Source: Octopus vulgaris (lineage: Eukaryota). Taken from it: DNA of 64,000 bases. Shown in pieces: positions 54,301 through 64,000 of the stretch. A model generated the notes under the pieces. That model worked only from the letters and a program-made list of their open reading frames with translations. It was not told where the DNA came from and did not search any database. The first letter of the stretch is position 1. Each line of letters starts with the position of its first letter. The DNA lies in contig OX597814.1 in NCBI GenBank assembly GCA_951406725.2, positions 21,824,001-21,888,000 on the forward strand. The letters are read 5' to 3'. The position numbers and the translations under genes are program-made.

Positions 54301-57300
54301 TGATTTCATATAAATAAAGTATTAACTTTTCTATTGATTCTATTGCAGACATTACTAACTTCAATCTCCATGAGTGCTATCGCCACTAATGGTGTAGTTC
54401 CTGCTGGAGGGTCATATTTCATGATATCAAGGTCTCTGGGACCAGAATTCGGTGGTGCTGTTGGTATTTTATTCTATCTTGGCACTTCTGTAGCATCGTC
54501 TATGTACATCATTGGTGCTGTGGAAATTTTACTAGTAAGTCTATGTTTGATTTAACGTATGAATTTCTATTTTTGACTGTTTTTACTAAATTGCCCCCTT
54601 CATCATCTGAAATCAATGACTAAATTGGAAAAGATTGAGAAAACTATCATAAAATAAACAGATTATAAGTAATTTCTCATGCCAGACAAGGTGCAAAGTG
54701 GCAGCAAAGGTCAATGATAGATTCATAGATAGAGTTCTCCATCTCAGAAAATTAGCATTAAAAATGCGTCTGTGATTAAACATTTAAAAATATTGATTAA
54801 TAAGAATATTTGTAATAAAGACAATTATACATAATGGTTTTACACATTGCCGAACATAAAAGTGGAACTGCTAAATCCAAGAAAACTAATGATTCTCTCT
54901 CTCTCTCTCTCTCATATTCAGAAACTCTTGTTATGATTACACACACACACAACATATGTATAAACAAACAGGCTTCCACTCAGTTTCTGTCAACCAGATG
55001 CTGCTTGCATCAACTTGACAATATAGAAGACACTTGCCTAGAGTGCCACACAGTGAGATTGAACCCAGAACACTGTTGTTGTAAACAAATTTCTTAACCA
55101 TCCACCTATATTTGAACTTATGTTATTTGTGATAATTGTTTTAATTATTGTCTCCTTGGATAAATGGTATTACTCTTTAAAACATTGGATGACATTCTCA
55201 ATTACAGAAAGAATGAGATAAAATAAAGTGCATAGCAGAAAAACATGAGAAAAGAAACTGTCAGAATGTAGGAATTTGTGCAATATTTGTGTGTGTGTGT
55301 ATTGTGAGAAAAATGCAATATAGGGGTGATGGATGGGGGATGGCAGAGTGTAACCAGTAAGTTTTGAAAAGCAAAGTTTTCTGTAATTGGAGAAATTGTA
55401 TAAACAATGAGAACATAACCCCATGATGAATTAGAAATTGAAGATATGTTATGAAATATGTCATTTAGTTAATCATAAGGTTTTCTTTTGAATATGATCT
55501 AAGCTGTTAGTGATAAAAAGTCAGTGAAGAAATCAGTCTTCTAGTACAATGCCGAGTAGTTGGGTGTAGAATAGGGTTTCATAGTGTCAGAGTGCTCTAA
55601 ACCAGTGCTTCTCAAACTATCTGATGTGGTGTACCAGCAGTTTTTTTTTTGGTTTTTTTTTTGTCAATGTGCCAGGGGACCAGTAATATTTCTTAGTAAT
55701 ATTAATTTATACCAGAACCAATATATATAAAGAATATAATAAAAGTTGACAAGGTGTAGGAGTGGCTGTGTGGTAAGTAGTTTGCTTACCAACCACATGG
55801 TTCCGGGTTCAGTCCCACTGCATGGCACCTTTGGCAAATGTCTTCTACTATAGCCTCGGGCCAACTAAAGCCTTGTGAGTAGATTTGGTAGACGGAAACT
55901 GAAAGAAGCCCATCGTATATATGTATATATATATATATATATGTGTGTGTCTGTGTTTATCTCCCCAACATCGCTTGACAACCGATGGTGGTTTGTTTAC
56001 GTCCCCCGTAACTTAGCAGTTCGGTAAAGAGACCGATAGAATAAGTACTAGGCTTACAAAGAATAAGTCCTGGGATCGATTTGCTCGACTAAAGGTGGTG
56101 CCCCAGCATGGCAACAGTCAAATGACTGAAACAAGTAAAAGAGTAATTTTTTAAATCTTATATTTATTTTGTAAACAACAGTATGACATAAGTATTTTAT
56201 AAGCATTTTATGTTTCTTTCTTTTCTGGAAACTCACTGCATACCAGCAGCTGATGGTTCACAGACTGGCACCAGCCCATGGATCACCACTTTGAGTAGCA
56301 CTGCTCTAAAAAAAATATTCAGCCTTTCATGATTAAGATTTTGACAACGTTGAAAACATAGGGCTTGAAATAGGGGTCACTGAAGACTTGTTGTCCAAAC
56401 ATGTATAGAATAGTTAATTCCATAATTTTTAGATCATTAGTGAAGTTTTTAATGCATTTTTGCCAAAATATCAAATCTTCACTGGGGACATAGTGTAAGT
56501 GTAATGTAAAAATCTCTGAAGAGAACTGTTACCATCAGCAACTGAAAGATTAGATTTAAAGGAACCATGCAAATGGAAGCTAGATTAATTTGCATTAGAG
56601 AGATTTTTTTGGTTTTTTACTAAAGAGAAGGAGTAGTGCCTATGACCTCCCAGACTGGTATGGTTGATGCAATTGAATTTCTTTGTCAAATTCTGAAGGA
56701 AAGGATGCATCTCTTCCAAGGTGGGAAACAAAGTACTTAAAGCTAGGTTCACTAAGACAATAAAGATGATGAGAAGAGTATAGGTGGGCTTTGCCAGAGG
56801 TGTTATATAGCTGCCTAGTTCAGAATAGCAGAAAGTATTAGAATAACGGTGAAAGAGACGGAGAAGAGAAACAGGACATATGTAAACTAGAGTAAAGACC
56901 TCACTCATCATGAATGACCATGGGATTACACCTAGAAAATTAACATCTGCGGAACAAGTCCGGGAAAGGTTGTTTATGGAAGACCAGAAGTTACCCAAGC
57001 ATACCAGCCTCCTCTGTCCATGCCATTGATGTTATCCAATGGAAAGGCAAAGGTCCATACAGCTTGGCACCAGTGACATCACAACTCATTTCTACAGTTG
57101 AGTGAATTGGAGCAACATAAAACAAAGTGTTTTGCTCAAGAACACCATGTACAACCTGATCTGGGAATCAAACTGACTACCGCATGATGCTCTGACCACT
57201 GAGCCATGCGCCTTCACATCTGTAAACTATGATTGCAGTATGGTAATGAGTGAATCTTTTACAATCAACTCAGATGAATGGATTCACAGAAAAGTCATTT

Positions 57301-60300
57301 ATGAATGATTCATATCATGAAAGTAGTTGAGATGCTCAATCTATAATAAAGATTATTTTAAAATATGAATCAGTGTTAGAAATAATGCATATTCCATTAT
57401 AATAAACTAATATATAATATCAATAAAATTTGAACGCTATTTGTATTGCATAAAATATTTAGTAAGCCTTGTTTTCTAAAGGTAACACCAGTTTATTTAC
57501 TAAAAAATAGATATTTTAACGCCAATATTACTGAGGTCTAGGAAGATTCGGTTAGAAGAAGCAGTCATCTGCTAAACTATATGCCTTATTGTCTTCAGTC
57601 TCATCACTCTTTTGTTTGGCTACTTTCTGAGTTATCTTTGCCTTTATCAACTGCATTTTTGGTTCTGTAACAATAACTGGGGACAGATGTAGTTAACATT
57701 TATTCTCTTTAATTAGCATCTTTGTGCTAGGCCATTATCATTTATATGGTAAAGTATTGATTCCATTTGTATTTAAGTATAGGATTAATATGACAGAAAT
57801 TTCTTTTCTTTCTAATTTCAGACATATATTGCACCCCAGATGTCAATATTTGAGGACATGTATCACAACTTTCGAATATATGGAACAGCTACATTAATTT
57901 TACTGTCCACTTTCGTCTTTATTGGTGTCAGATTTGTCAGCAAATTTGCCACCCTTTCGTTGGCCTGTGTCATATTGTCCATTATTAGTATATATATTGG
58001 AATATTTGTCACCAATGAGAATCGAAGTATAAAGTAAGTAAATTATATTTATTTATCAATAATCTGCTTATAATTAAAATCACAGCAATGATTCTGTTTT
58101 TATATTTATTTAGTTATTGTTTTTAATTGATTTGTGAGATTTTTTTGAGGTGGGGAGGTTAATTCCAGTACATTTGGAGTAGATATTTTTATAGCCTGAT
58201 GTTTTATCTCACACCAAACATTCAGAGTAGAACCTGTTGTCAGGGTGACTCAAGAAAGCAGTGTTATGAGCTTTTCTCTATGACATTGTTAATTAGCTAG
58301 CATAATTTTTGACATAATTATAAGTTAGTTATCTCACTGTATTATGCTTTACTCTGCTTTAACTGGTAATGAAATATAATATGAATGACCATGATAATGA
58401 TGACAAGGAATTTCACAAATGGTACATGTTAATCTTCAGGTTGTCCCAGAAAGATTTACCTATTGATATTTCTTAATTATTCAAAATAAACTGAGGGTAG
58501 AATAATGAAATTTAGCCCACATGTTCTAATTTAAATTGTCAATCCATTGTAGTAATTACATTTCAAAATGACCACCTTTCGCCTTGATCATAGCCTACAA
58601 ATGGTTAGTCACTGAGTTGCGTGAGCACCATACCACCTCTTCATCCAACTTGACCCATGAAGACAGAAGGGCTTCCTTCAGATCTGACACATTTGAATAG
58701 GGGTGAACAGAAACAAACTCTCTAAGATGGACCAGATAGCAAAGTCCATGGGATTGATGACTGGATTTGAGGAAGGCTATATTGTCTTGTCCCCAAAACC
58801 ACTGAAGTGCTCTTTGCACCATTGCTATGTCAAATTGGATGCATGGGCCAGAGCTCCATCTTGAGTGAAGATGTAACGGTCACCAAAAGTTTCTGTGACC
58901 CAGGTTAACACTTTTTCATCCAACATTTCCGCATAAACTTCTCTGTTGACCTTGACACCAGCATCAATGAAGATCAAGGGAGACTTGGGCCTATCAGATG
59001 CAACTGCAGCCCACACCAAGAGTGAAACTGGCTCCTGATGGCATAAATGACTCCTCCTACCTTCAGGCAAGTCTCCTGCATTACGTGTATAAAGCCTGTC
59101 ATTCTGCTTATTGGTAACTGCCTCGTCAGTGAAGATCTTCTTGTCAGATCAGGTCAACACTTTGTTAGCAGTATGCTTCATCTCAGCTAACATGGTTTTA
59201 CCCCTGTCAAGCTGTTTCTTCTTGGAATCTGCTGAAATTAATTGCCATGGTTGCTTCTTGTATGCAGTCGGCTTTAAATTCTCTTTAAAAAGCCTGGACT
59301 CTGACAATTTGGAAATATCAAGAGCTTTTGCTGTTTTTCTTGCACACCAGCAGGGATTTTGGGTCATTCACTTATTCACAGCTTTAACAGTTTGTTTGGT
59401 ATGAATTGATCGTTTCCTATCAGGAACTGACTTGCTAGAGGTAGTAGAAGACTCCATGTATCATTTCCAGGTATTGAGCACTGTTTTACGGCACATATTC
59501 AACTATTTTGTTATGTCCTTGTTGCTCACTCTAGCCGTTTTCATAGCACCAGTCAGGTCAGATTTTGCTTTCAGCACCATGCTTGTTTACAAACTTGTTT
59601 TAGATGAACGAAACAATAGACACATGAACAAAAGACATGAAAATCTTTATGTAAAATATAGATAATATTACCTGAACTGATATTCTTTAGGATGAGTTTT
59701 AAACATGGGTAAATCTTTCTGTGACATCCTGTATATATTAGTTTATAGTACATTCTTTTATTTTTTCATTGGTTTCAGTCATTGACCTGTTGCCATGCAG
59801 GGGAAACACCTACAAGGGTTTTAGTTGATCATGTTGACCCTAGTTCTTATTTCAGTCTGGTATTTATTTTAATTATCCCTGTTTACTAAACTGTTATGTT
59901 ACAAGAGAAAGGACCACAATGTGTAAACAATATTGATTCTTTTTGTTGATCAGTGTAAATATATGCTCAAACACATGCACAATTATGAAAAAACACACAC
60001 ACGCACACACACACAAACATATGCACACACTCATCTTCTGTATATTTTCTGTGAACCATATTCCATTCACAAGGTATTGGTCAACTGAAATCTATAGTCT
60101 TCTATAGTCATGACAGCCATTCTGTTTTTTTCATTTTGTTTTGTAATTTTCTTTTTACTGAGCGTCAACAAACTAAAACATACATAAATGCAACATTCAC
60201 ATACATACAGACACATGCATAAATGCATACTCACCTGTGGATAAGACTGTTACCTTATTTTCTTGTTCAGAATCACATGTAAATTAATTTTCTACTTGTA

Positions 60301-60552
60301 ATTTCAGAATCTGTATAATGGGTGAGCGTTTACTAACTCTTGAGTCGGTTACTGCCAATGGATCCATTTGGTGTGATAAAAATATCTCAGGCCCTATCTA
60401 TGCACACTATTGTGGTGATGGAAATACAAGTGACAGTTGCAACTATTTTTATGCCAATCAGGTTCGTTATGTCCCTGGGATACCTGGCATTGCAAGTGGT
60501 CTATTTGACAGTAAGTCTCTTGAATCATTAGGTTCTATTTTCTTAATTTTAC

Positions 60553-60598
<46 letters not shown>

Positions 60599-63500
60599 TG
60601 TTACAAGGTGGTGCAGTGGCAAAATCGTTTGCATGCCAGACAAAATGCTTAGCAGCATTTCTTCTGACTCGTTACATCATCAACATTGTCATCATCATCA
60701 TCATTATCATCATCATCATCCTTTAGCATCTCCTTTCCAGGCTGGCATGGGTTATATGGTTTGATTGGAATTCATAAGCCAGAAAGCTGCATTGGGTTCT
60801 AGTCTGGATGCCCTTCCTAATGCCAACCAAATCCAAGAGTGTAATGTGTGCTTTTTACATGCCACCAGTATTGGTGCTTTTATGTGTCACCAGCATGGGT
60901 GCCAGTGATGTGACACCAGTAGTGGCCACAACTACGATTTCACTTGGCTTGACAAGTCTTCTCAAACACAGTATATCACCAAAGGTCTTAATCATTAGTC
61001 ATTGCATTCACAGAAGGTTACCATGTATGTGTGTGTGGGTGTGTGCATATGTATGTATTTATATGTGTGTGTGTGTAATATGTATATTTTTGTATTGGCA
61101 TCCTTTCTGTCTCAGGAGACAATGGAGTTGCGCATTTAAAAAAAAATTTTTTTTTTTATAGTCTAGTCCGGCTTTTATATTTCATGTCCTGATACATTTC
61201 CTGCTGTGGCTGTGTAGTCCTGTCCTGGACAAACACTCCCTCTTGCAGGTACCGCAAATGTAGCGAAGACTGTTCCTGGCTGGTTGTAGTGCCATAGTCT
61301 CTTGTTTACGTCTCTTCCTTTCTTTCCATTTCTCCTCTCTCTCTCTGTCACTCTTTTGTATTCCCTCTTTTACTGTACGTCGCCATTCTCCACGGTTGCC
61401 GGCAACTGCCTCCCAACCGCTAATATTGATGTTGCAGGCCTTCATATCCCTTTTGCAAACATCCCTGTAACGTAAGATCGGTCTACCCACAGACCTAGTA
61501 CCCCTAGCAAGCTCTCCGTAGAGTATGTCCTTGATGATTCTGCCATCTTTCATACGGCTAACATGCCCAAGCCATCTCATACGTCTTTGGGTGAGGAGTG
61601 CAAACATGCTTGGTATTCCTGCTTGCCTGAGGACATCTTTGTTGGGGATATGATTCTGCCATTTGATGCGGAGGATTTTTCGGAGGCAGTGCAGGTGAAA
61701 GATGTTTAGGCGACGCTCTTGGCGTATACACACACACACAAAATATGGGAGATTATTTCACAGGTGATCTAAATGATTAGGTATGCTAGCTAATTGCTGT
61801 AACAGATTACTAGGGCTTCAAGGTTATAACCGAGACGGTAGTAATGGAGCCATTGCAGATTTCCTATGCAGTGGATATATAATTGCTAAAGGGGACAACA
61901 AACATTAAGGCAAGGCAAACATCTCAAGTCGTATACAATATCATTATTGGAAAAAACTTTTTCCAATAATAATATTATATACAACTTGAGATGCTTGCTT
62001 TGCCTTAATGTTTGTTGCCTTCTTTAACAATTATATAGCATTATGATCATCATAATCCTCATCATTTAGTGTCCACTTTCCATGCTGGCATGGGTTAGAC
62101 AGTTTGACTGGTACTGGTAAACTGGAGAGCTTTACCTGGCCCTCGTCTGATTTGGCTTGGTTTCAATGGCTGGATGCCCTTCCTAGTACCAATATATATG
62201 GATATGTCTCTAGCAAACAGTCTTCAATACTCCTTGCCTCATCTTCCATTCTCCTCTTTCTTCTTCATAGATATTTTCTATTACTTTTTTTTAATAGCCA
62301 AGTAGAAGGAAGGCCAGTATCCATGGCTCTTTGAAGGACTTCTATGAAAATGTTATAGCAGAATGGATAAAGAAAAGAAATTATCTTCAGACCAGAGGCC
62401 TGGCCCAAATGCCTTCATGGACTTCATTCAACAAGTCTCCATTCAAATGTCATCTTTCATACATATCACATCCATCTCTATAACCAATACAGTATTTTAT
62501 CTTTCACACTGCCCCATAAAAGTGTTAATACCCATTCTTTCTCTCTCATTTAATTTATAGTTCACCATTCATGTCTGCTGACAATGTATTTGCTTATAAA
62601 AATGTATATGCATATATATATGTAAAAAGCACTGTTGATGGTGCTACATGAATAACATGTGGTACACTCTATAAAGTGGTTGGCATTAGGAAAGGTATCC
62701 AGCCATAGAAACAAAGCCCAAAACAGACTTTGGAACCTGGTATGGCTCCTGGCCTTCCTAGCTCCTGTCAAATCATCCAAACTATGCCAGCATGGAAAAC
62801 AGACTTTAAGTGATGATGATGATGATGATTTGTGCATTGGTACATACTGGTTTCATTCTATTCCAGTCTTTCTGTATCCTCCAAATTCAATGCTCATTTC
62901 TCCCATACAGTTTTTCATTCAATGAGAAAAACCATCTCTGGCCATCAGAGATCATAGTTCGCTAAATGTTTACCCTTCATTTTCTAACACTAGACACTGC
63001 TTTTGCTGCACCAACATCTCCACTCCCACTCACACACTTATGCACACTGCAGATTTGGTCACCCTGAAAACAGAAACTGTTGAATACATCACCCACCTAG
63101 TCTTTTGAGCTCTTTTATGATGGCATTTCATGGGTGCTTCCATGCCTAGCTACTCTTGAGCATCTATTACATCTGTAGTTCTTCATTTCTGTTAGCTTAC
63201 CTGAGACACAACTGCACCACTTGTGCACCTGCAGTTTACATTGGATATGGAGTGGAGAGTTCTTCTGCAAGTGAAAATATTTTTAAAAAATGATTATAAT
63301 TTTTAAATAATGATAATTTTAAAAAGTGATAATAAAAGGAACACAAACTATTTTTATGCAGCCAAACTTTTTTTTGTTTTTTTCCTTTTGTATTTTAAGA
63401 GTTTATGGTACAGAATTTCACTGAAGTTTATTTTTCTTTTTCTTTTTTTTTTTCTGTTTTTAGCAAATGCTTTCAGTAAATACTCAAAAATTAATGACGT

Positions 63501-63604
63501 ACCTGGGGGTTCTGATAAAGGAGATGCTGCTCGAGGAGAAATCATTGCAGATATTACTACCACATTCATGGTGTTGCTAGCTATTTATTTCCCATCAGTC
63601 ACTG
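18504..63604 (+). CDS. kcc: K-Cl cotransporter (KCC; SLC12A4/5/6/7-like, Drosophila kazachoc-like), partial multi-exon gene; first coding exon and 3' half lie outside the window
   Basis: Exons 44860-44942, 51798-51911, 52743-52889, 54349-54534, 57822-58033, 60308-60510 and 63464-63604 have GT-AG boundaries and join in one frame. The product has KCC motifs [56 protein letters not shown], a 4-Cys glycosylated TM5-TM6 loop and YFPSVTG. The start coordinate assumes the less certain 18504 cassette. Confidence 0.95.
18950..21620 (-). mobile_element. Very old LINE relic (CR1/Jockey-like), interrupted by a (GAT)-tail repeat at about 19765-20045
   Basis: Purine-skewed + strand; faint minus-strand RT-like remnants such as ...[11 protein letters not shown] at about 20050-20190; no intact ORF. 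Confidence 0.45.
22146..22393 (+). mobile_element. Mariner-derived MITE with about 95-bp TIRs (Hsmar1/MADE1-like termini)
   Basis: TA-TTAGGTTGGTGCA...TGCACCAACCTAA. The spacer retains the transposase C-terminus [17 protein letters not shown]. Confidence 0.9.
26995..27214. mobile_element. piggyBac-type MITE (older copy at about 4225-4443)
   Basis: TTAA-CCCTTTCATTAC...GTAATGAAAGGG-TTAA. Confidence 0.85.
31398..31640 (+). mobile_element. tRNA-derived SINE family B (copies at 36787-37088, 63830-64000; degenerate 35566-35850, 14570-14860)
   Basis: Head with A box TGGCCCAGTGG and B box-like GGTTTCGATTCC, followed by shared body tttattgagcgaaaacacctaaagctccacgag. Confidence 0.85.
31680..32630 (-). 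mobile_element. RTE-clade LINE fragment: RT C-terminal half with an embedded PHD-like zinc finger
   Basis: 309-aa ORF with [19 protein letters not shown], a Cys/His cluster ([22 protein letters not shown]), FCYLG and RLRWYGHV. Confidence 0.93.
33221..33571. repeat. About 350-bp AT-rich fold-back palindrome
   Basis: tgtacctaagtttggaaaacttgtaattgtt / aacaattacaagttttccaaatttaggtgca; centre near 33408 with almost no loop. Confidence 0.92.
34796..35304. mobile_element. Non-autonomous TA-flanked DNA transposon (Tc1/mariner/pogo-like MITE)
   Basis: TA-CCATAAATCCTCGAGTATAGTCCGC ... GCGGATTATACTCGAGGATTTACCG-TA. Confidence 0.8.
41590..41695. repeat. 16-bp minisatellite (ACCCATACATACATAC)n
   Basis: About 6 units derived from (CATA)n. 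Confidence 0.85.
42250..44130 (+). mobile_element. Cluster of same-orientation SINE family C copies (best preserved 43188-43420 and 43901-44130)
   Basis: Repeated ggcgagctggcagaaacg.tagcacgcc..gcgaaatgcttagc...ttctgagttcaaattc..gactttgcctttc, mostly separated by (ATT)/(GTT) tracts. Confidence 0.85.
44860..44942 (+). CDS. kcc: KCC exon (83 nt, phase 1-0): [28 protein letters not shown]
   Basis: Acceptor tttgttatattcag, donor GAG|GTAAGG. LALYE matches the conserved KCC N-terminal LAL(F/Y)EE motif. Confidence 0.92.
45180..45572 (+). mobile_element. tRNA-derived SINE family A
   Basis: Head ggcgtaggagtggctgtgtggtaag, B box gggttcagtccc, internal (TA)(TG) tract, tail atgactgaaacaagtaaa. Confidence 0.9.
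45850..46242 (-). mobile_element. tRNA-derived SINE family A, inverted relative to 45180-45572
   Basis: Reverse complement of the family A consensus along its full length. Confidence 0.9.
48310..48698 (-). mobile_element. tRNA-derived SINE family A (older minus copy at about 39838-40192)
   Basis: Near full-length reverse-complement copy. Confidence 0.9.
51138..51185. repeat. Perfect 22-bp-arm hairpin with 4-nt loop
   Basis: aattagttatatattagaagag-tatg-ctcttctaatatataactaatt. Confidence 0.9.
51798..51911 (+). CDS. kcc: KCC exon (114 nt, phase 0-0): [38 protein letters not shown]
   Basis: Long pyrimidine tract plus tttag, donor AAG|GTGAGT. Homologous to the KCC segment EE..RPKVSSLL..L.NY. 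Confidence 0.93.
52156..52487. repeat. About 330-bp fold-back palindrome in the intron between exons 51798 and 52743
   Basis: ttctcattttgtctcatgtc / gacatgagacaaaatgagaa; ctcttctatccca-caca-tgggatggaagag at the centre. Confidence 0.9.
52743..52889 (+). CDS. kcc: KCC exon (147 nt, phase 0-0), TM1-TM2: [49 protein letters not shown]
   Basis: Acceptor ttttttttccag, donor ACG|GTAAGT; hallmark KCC TM1 motif. Confidence 0.97.
53555..54175 (+). mobile_element. CR1-clade LINE 3' fragment with (ATT)n tail
   Basis: [28 protein letters not shown]...L..RR...[16 protein letters not shown]. Confidence 0.88.
54349..54534 (+). CDS. kcc: KCC exon (186 nt, phase 0-0): [62 protein letters not shown]
   Basis: Acceptor tattgcag, donor CTA|GTAAGT; SLC12 signature intracellular loop and TM3. 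Confidence 0.97.
55603..56303. mobile_element. hAT (Charlie/Buster-type) MITE carrying a nested family A SINE (55753-56145, +)
   Basis: TIRs CAGTGCTTCTCAAA / TTTGAGTAGCACTG; 8-bp TSD ctctaaac / ctctaaaa. Confidence 0.88.
57822..58033 (+). CDS. kcc: KCC exon (212 nt, phase 0-2), TM4-TM5: [22 protein letters not shown]...[28 protein letters not shown]
   Basis: Acceptor tttctaatttcag, donor AA|GTAAGT; motifs N.R.YGT and GV.FV.KFA. Confidence 0.96.
58437..59731 (-). mobile_element. Full-length (about 1.3 kb) but inactivated DD37D (maT-like) transposon
   Basis: TIRs CAGGTTGTCCCAGAAAGATTTACC / GGTAAATCTTTCTGTGACATCCTG-TA. Frames give SD(K)[11 protein letters not shown], and QDGA followed by 37 residues to NPMDF, with stops. 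Confidence 0.92.
60308..60510 (+). CDS. kcc: KCC exon (203 nt, phase 2-1), large extracellular loop: ICIMGERLL...WCDKNISG...[14 protein letters not shown]...[10 protein letters not shown]
   Basis: Acceptor atttcag, donor CA|GTAAGT. Four Cys, sequons NGS, NIS and NTS, and GIPG, as in the KCC TM5-TM6 loop. Confidence 0.95.
61095..61727 (-). mobile_element. RTE (BovB-like) LINE 3' fragment
   Basis: ORF with [38 protein letters not shown] and a C-terminal C2HC finger CGTC...GLHSHSRKC. Confidence 0.9.
61876..62037. repeat. About 160-bp fold-back palindrome
   Basis: caacaaacattaaggcaaggcaaacatctcaagt / acttgagatgcttgctttgccttaatgtttgttg; centre ttggaaaaaactttttccaa. Confidence 0.92.
63464..63604 (+). 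CDS. kcc: KCC exon (141 nt, phase 1-1), TM6: TNAFSKYSK...[21 protein letters not shown](G)
   Basis: Long T-rich tract plus tag, donor CTG|GTATGT; YFPSVTG ion-binding motif typical of KCCs. Confidence 0.96.
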
Positions 63605-64000
63605 GTATGTATTTCTTTCATATGTATCACAATTAACTTTTAAATTAATTCTATGCAGCTTAAAAAAAAAAAGAGTAAAAATTATATTTCTTGAAGGGAA
63701 AGTGTTATGGGTGACAGAATTTTAAATTAACTAAATAATTATTGTCGTTACTTTGATTTATAGCTGTGAAACATAAAAATGAGAAATAAGGGAGACTTGA
63801 GATTTTTAGTTTATATTCTATAACTTTGTGGAGGCGCAAAGGCCCAGTGGTTAGGGCAGAGGATTCGTAGTCGGAGGATTATGGTTTTGATTCCCAGACC
63901 AGGTGTTCTGTGTGTTTATTGAGCGAAAACACCTAAAGCTCCACGAGGCTCCGGCAGGGGAGTTGGCGACCCCTGTTGTACTCTTTCGCCCCAACTTTCT

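Overview
AT-rich, microsatellite- and SINE-dense eukaryotic DNA. The SINE families and repeat texture suggest an Octopus (coleoid cephalopod) genome; this is an inference. The window holds the 5' half of one + strand gene, a K-Cl cotransporter (KCC, SLC12A4-7/kazachoc family). Seven phase-consistent coding exons lie at 44860-63604 and a probable 54-nt cassette exon at 18504-18557. The first coding exon and the 3' half are not visible. The introns hold tRNA-derived SINEs, RTE/CR1 LINE fragments, a Gypsy relic, mariner and DD37D transposons, hAT, piggyBac and pogo-like MITEs, a Helitron and several long fold-back palindromes. The most interesting signals are: (1) a candidate recursive splice site (polyY-CAG|GTAAGT at 6139/6140) followed by a 64-nt cryptic exon; (2) a 700-bp palindrome with a Penelope-type hammerhead ribozyme motif in each arm; (3) a possible 3-nt microexon; (4) inverted SINE pairs placed to form dsRNA next to or around coding exons. 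All regulatory interpretations come from sequence alone and need RNA data.
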